From: Malacoraja senta
Lineage: Eukaryota
Length of the DNA stretch: 64,000 nucleotides
Reading direction: 5' to 3'
Assembly (NCBI GenBank): GCA_038087875.1
Contig: JAXLNO010000620.1
Coordinates: 1-64,000, forward strand
Of the stretch, positions 63,001-64,000 are shown in pieces (position 1 is the stretch's first letter; each line of letters starts with the position of its first letter). Made by a program: the position numbers and the translations under genes. Under the pieces are notes generated by a model. It saw only the letters and a list, made by a program, of their open reading frames with translations. It did not search any database and was not told where the DNA came from.

Positions 63001-63225
63001 GGAACTCTCTGCCACAGAGGGTAGTTGAGGCCAGTTCATTGGCTATATTTAAGAGGGAATTAGATGTGGCCCTTGTGGCTAAAGGGATCAGGGGGTATGG
63101 AGAGAAGGCAGGTACGGGATACTGAGTTGGATGATCAGCCATGATCGTATTGAATGGCGGTGCAGGCTCGAAGGGCCGAATGGCCTACTCCTGCACCTAA
63201 TTTCTATGTATCTATGTATCTATGT
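60027..63225 (+). mobile_element. CR1 LINE with near-intact ORF2 (APE plus RT), inserted into a Penelope-like element
   Basis: 963-aa ORF with NARSI, ITETW, GDFN, SDH, QGSVLGP and FADD; one frameshifting deletion near 62820; (TCTATGTA)n tail. The Penelope sequence gtagcatt|tcctgc is split between 60026 and 63226. Confidence 0.95.
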
Positions 63226-63646
63226 ATTTCCTGCGGTTGCGAGGGGAAAGTACCAGGGGAGGGGGTAGTTTGGGTGGGAAGGGACAAATTGACCAGGGAG
63301 TTACGGAGGGAGCAGTCTCTGCGGAAAGCAGACAGGGGAGGAGATGGGAAGATGTGGCCAGTGGTGGGATCCCGTCATTTGGTTTAGTTTAGTGTATTAT
63401 TATGATCACGTGTACCGGTTTTTGTTGCGTGCTAACCAGCCAGCGGATGATTATACACAATTACAATCAAGCTGTCCCCAGTGGACAGATACAGGGTAAA
63501 GGAAAGAGCATTTAGTGCAGGATAAACTCCAGTAAATTCCAATTAAAGATCATCTGAGGATCTCCAATAAGGTAGAAGGTAGGTCAGCAAGTGATAGGAT
63601 TTAGTTTAGAGATACAGCACGGAAACAGGCCCCTCATAATAATAAT

Positions 63647-63677
<31 letters not shown>

Positions 63678-64000
63678 AAAATACTTCCCCCTAGTCCCAT
63701 CTACCTGCACTCAGACGATAACCCTCCATTCCTTTCCCGTCCATATACCCATCCAATCTATTTTTAAAGGATAACATCGAACCTGCCTCCACCACTTCCA
63801 CTGGAAGCTCATTCCACACAGCTACCACTCTCTGAGTAAAGAAGTTCCCCCTAATGTTCCCCCTAAACTTCTGTCCCTTAATTCTCAAGTCATGTCCCCT
63901 TGTTTGAATCTTCCCTACTCTCAGTGGGAAAAGCTTATCCACGTCCACTCTGTCTAACCCGCTCATAATTTTAAAGACCTCTATCAAGTCCCCTCTTAAC
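63226..64000 (-). repeat. Inverted duplicate of 56182-56954 (Penelope fragment, LINE/SINE tails and CR1 3' end), running off the window end
   Basis: Reverse complement matches continuously across several unrelated element junctions. Confidence 0.9.

Overview
Repeat-dense vertebrate DNA. The repeat complement (HE1/V-type tRNA-derived SINEs sharing a 3' tail with HER1-like CR1 LINEs, several CR1 subfamilies, Penelope-like elements, L2, Rex1/Babar, non-autonomous DNA transposons) points to a cartilaginous fish, probably a skate or ray (inference). Nearly all long ORFs in the ORF track are retroelement fragments. Hidden between the repeats on the + strand is the 5' part of one spliced host gene, read directly from splice signals. 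It has a signal-peptide exon (ATG 1972), a single-exon C-type lectin domain (7121-7483), and 11 small (54-75 nt) phase-1/phase-1 exons from 11.7 to 58.5 kb encoding a Ser/Thr/Pro/Lys-rich mucin-like stalk. Four of these exons are recent duplicates of one 69-nt exon. No transmembrane or stop exon was found, so the gene probably continues past the window, and its orthology cannot be assigned from sequence alone. Other notable features: about 20 minimal hammerhead-ribozyme motifs carried by Penelope-like elements, two local inverted duplications, hAT-type insertions abutting exon branch points, and a solo LTR.
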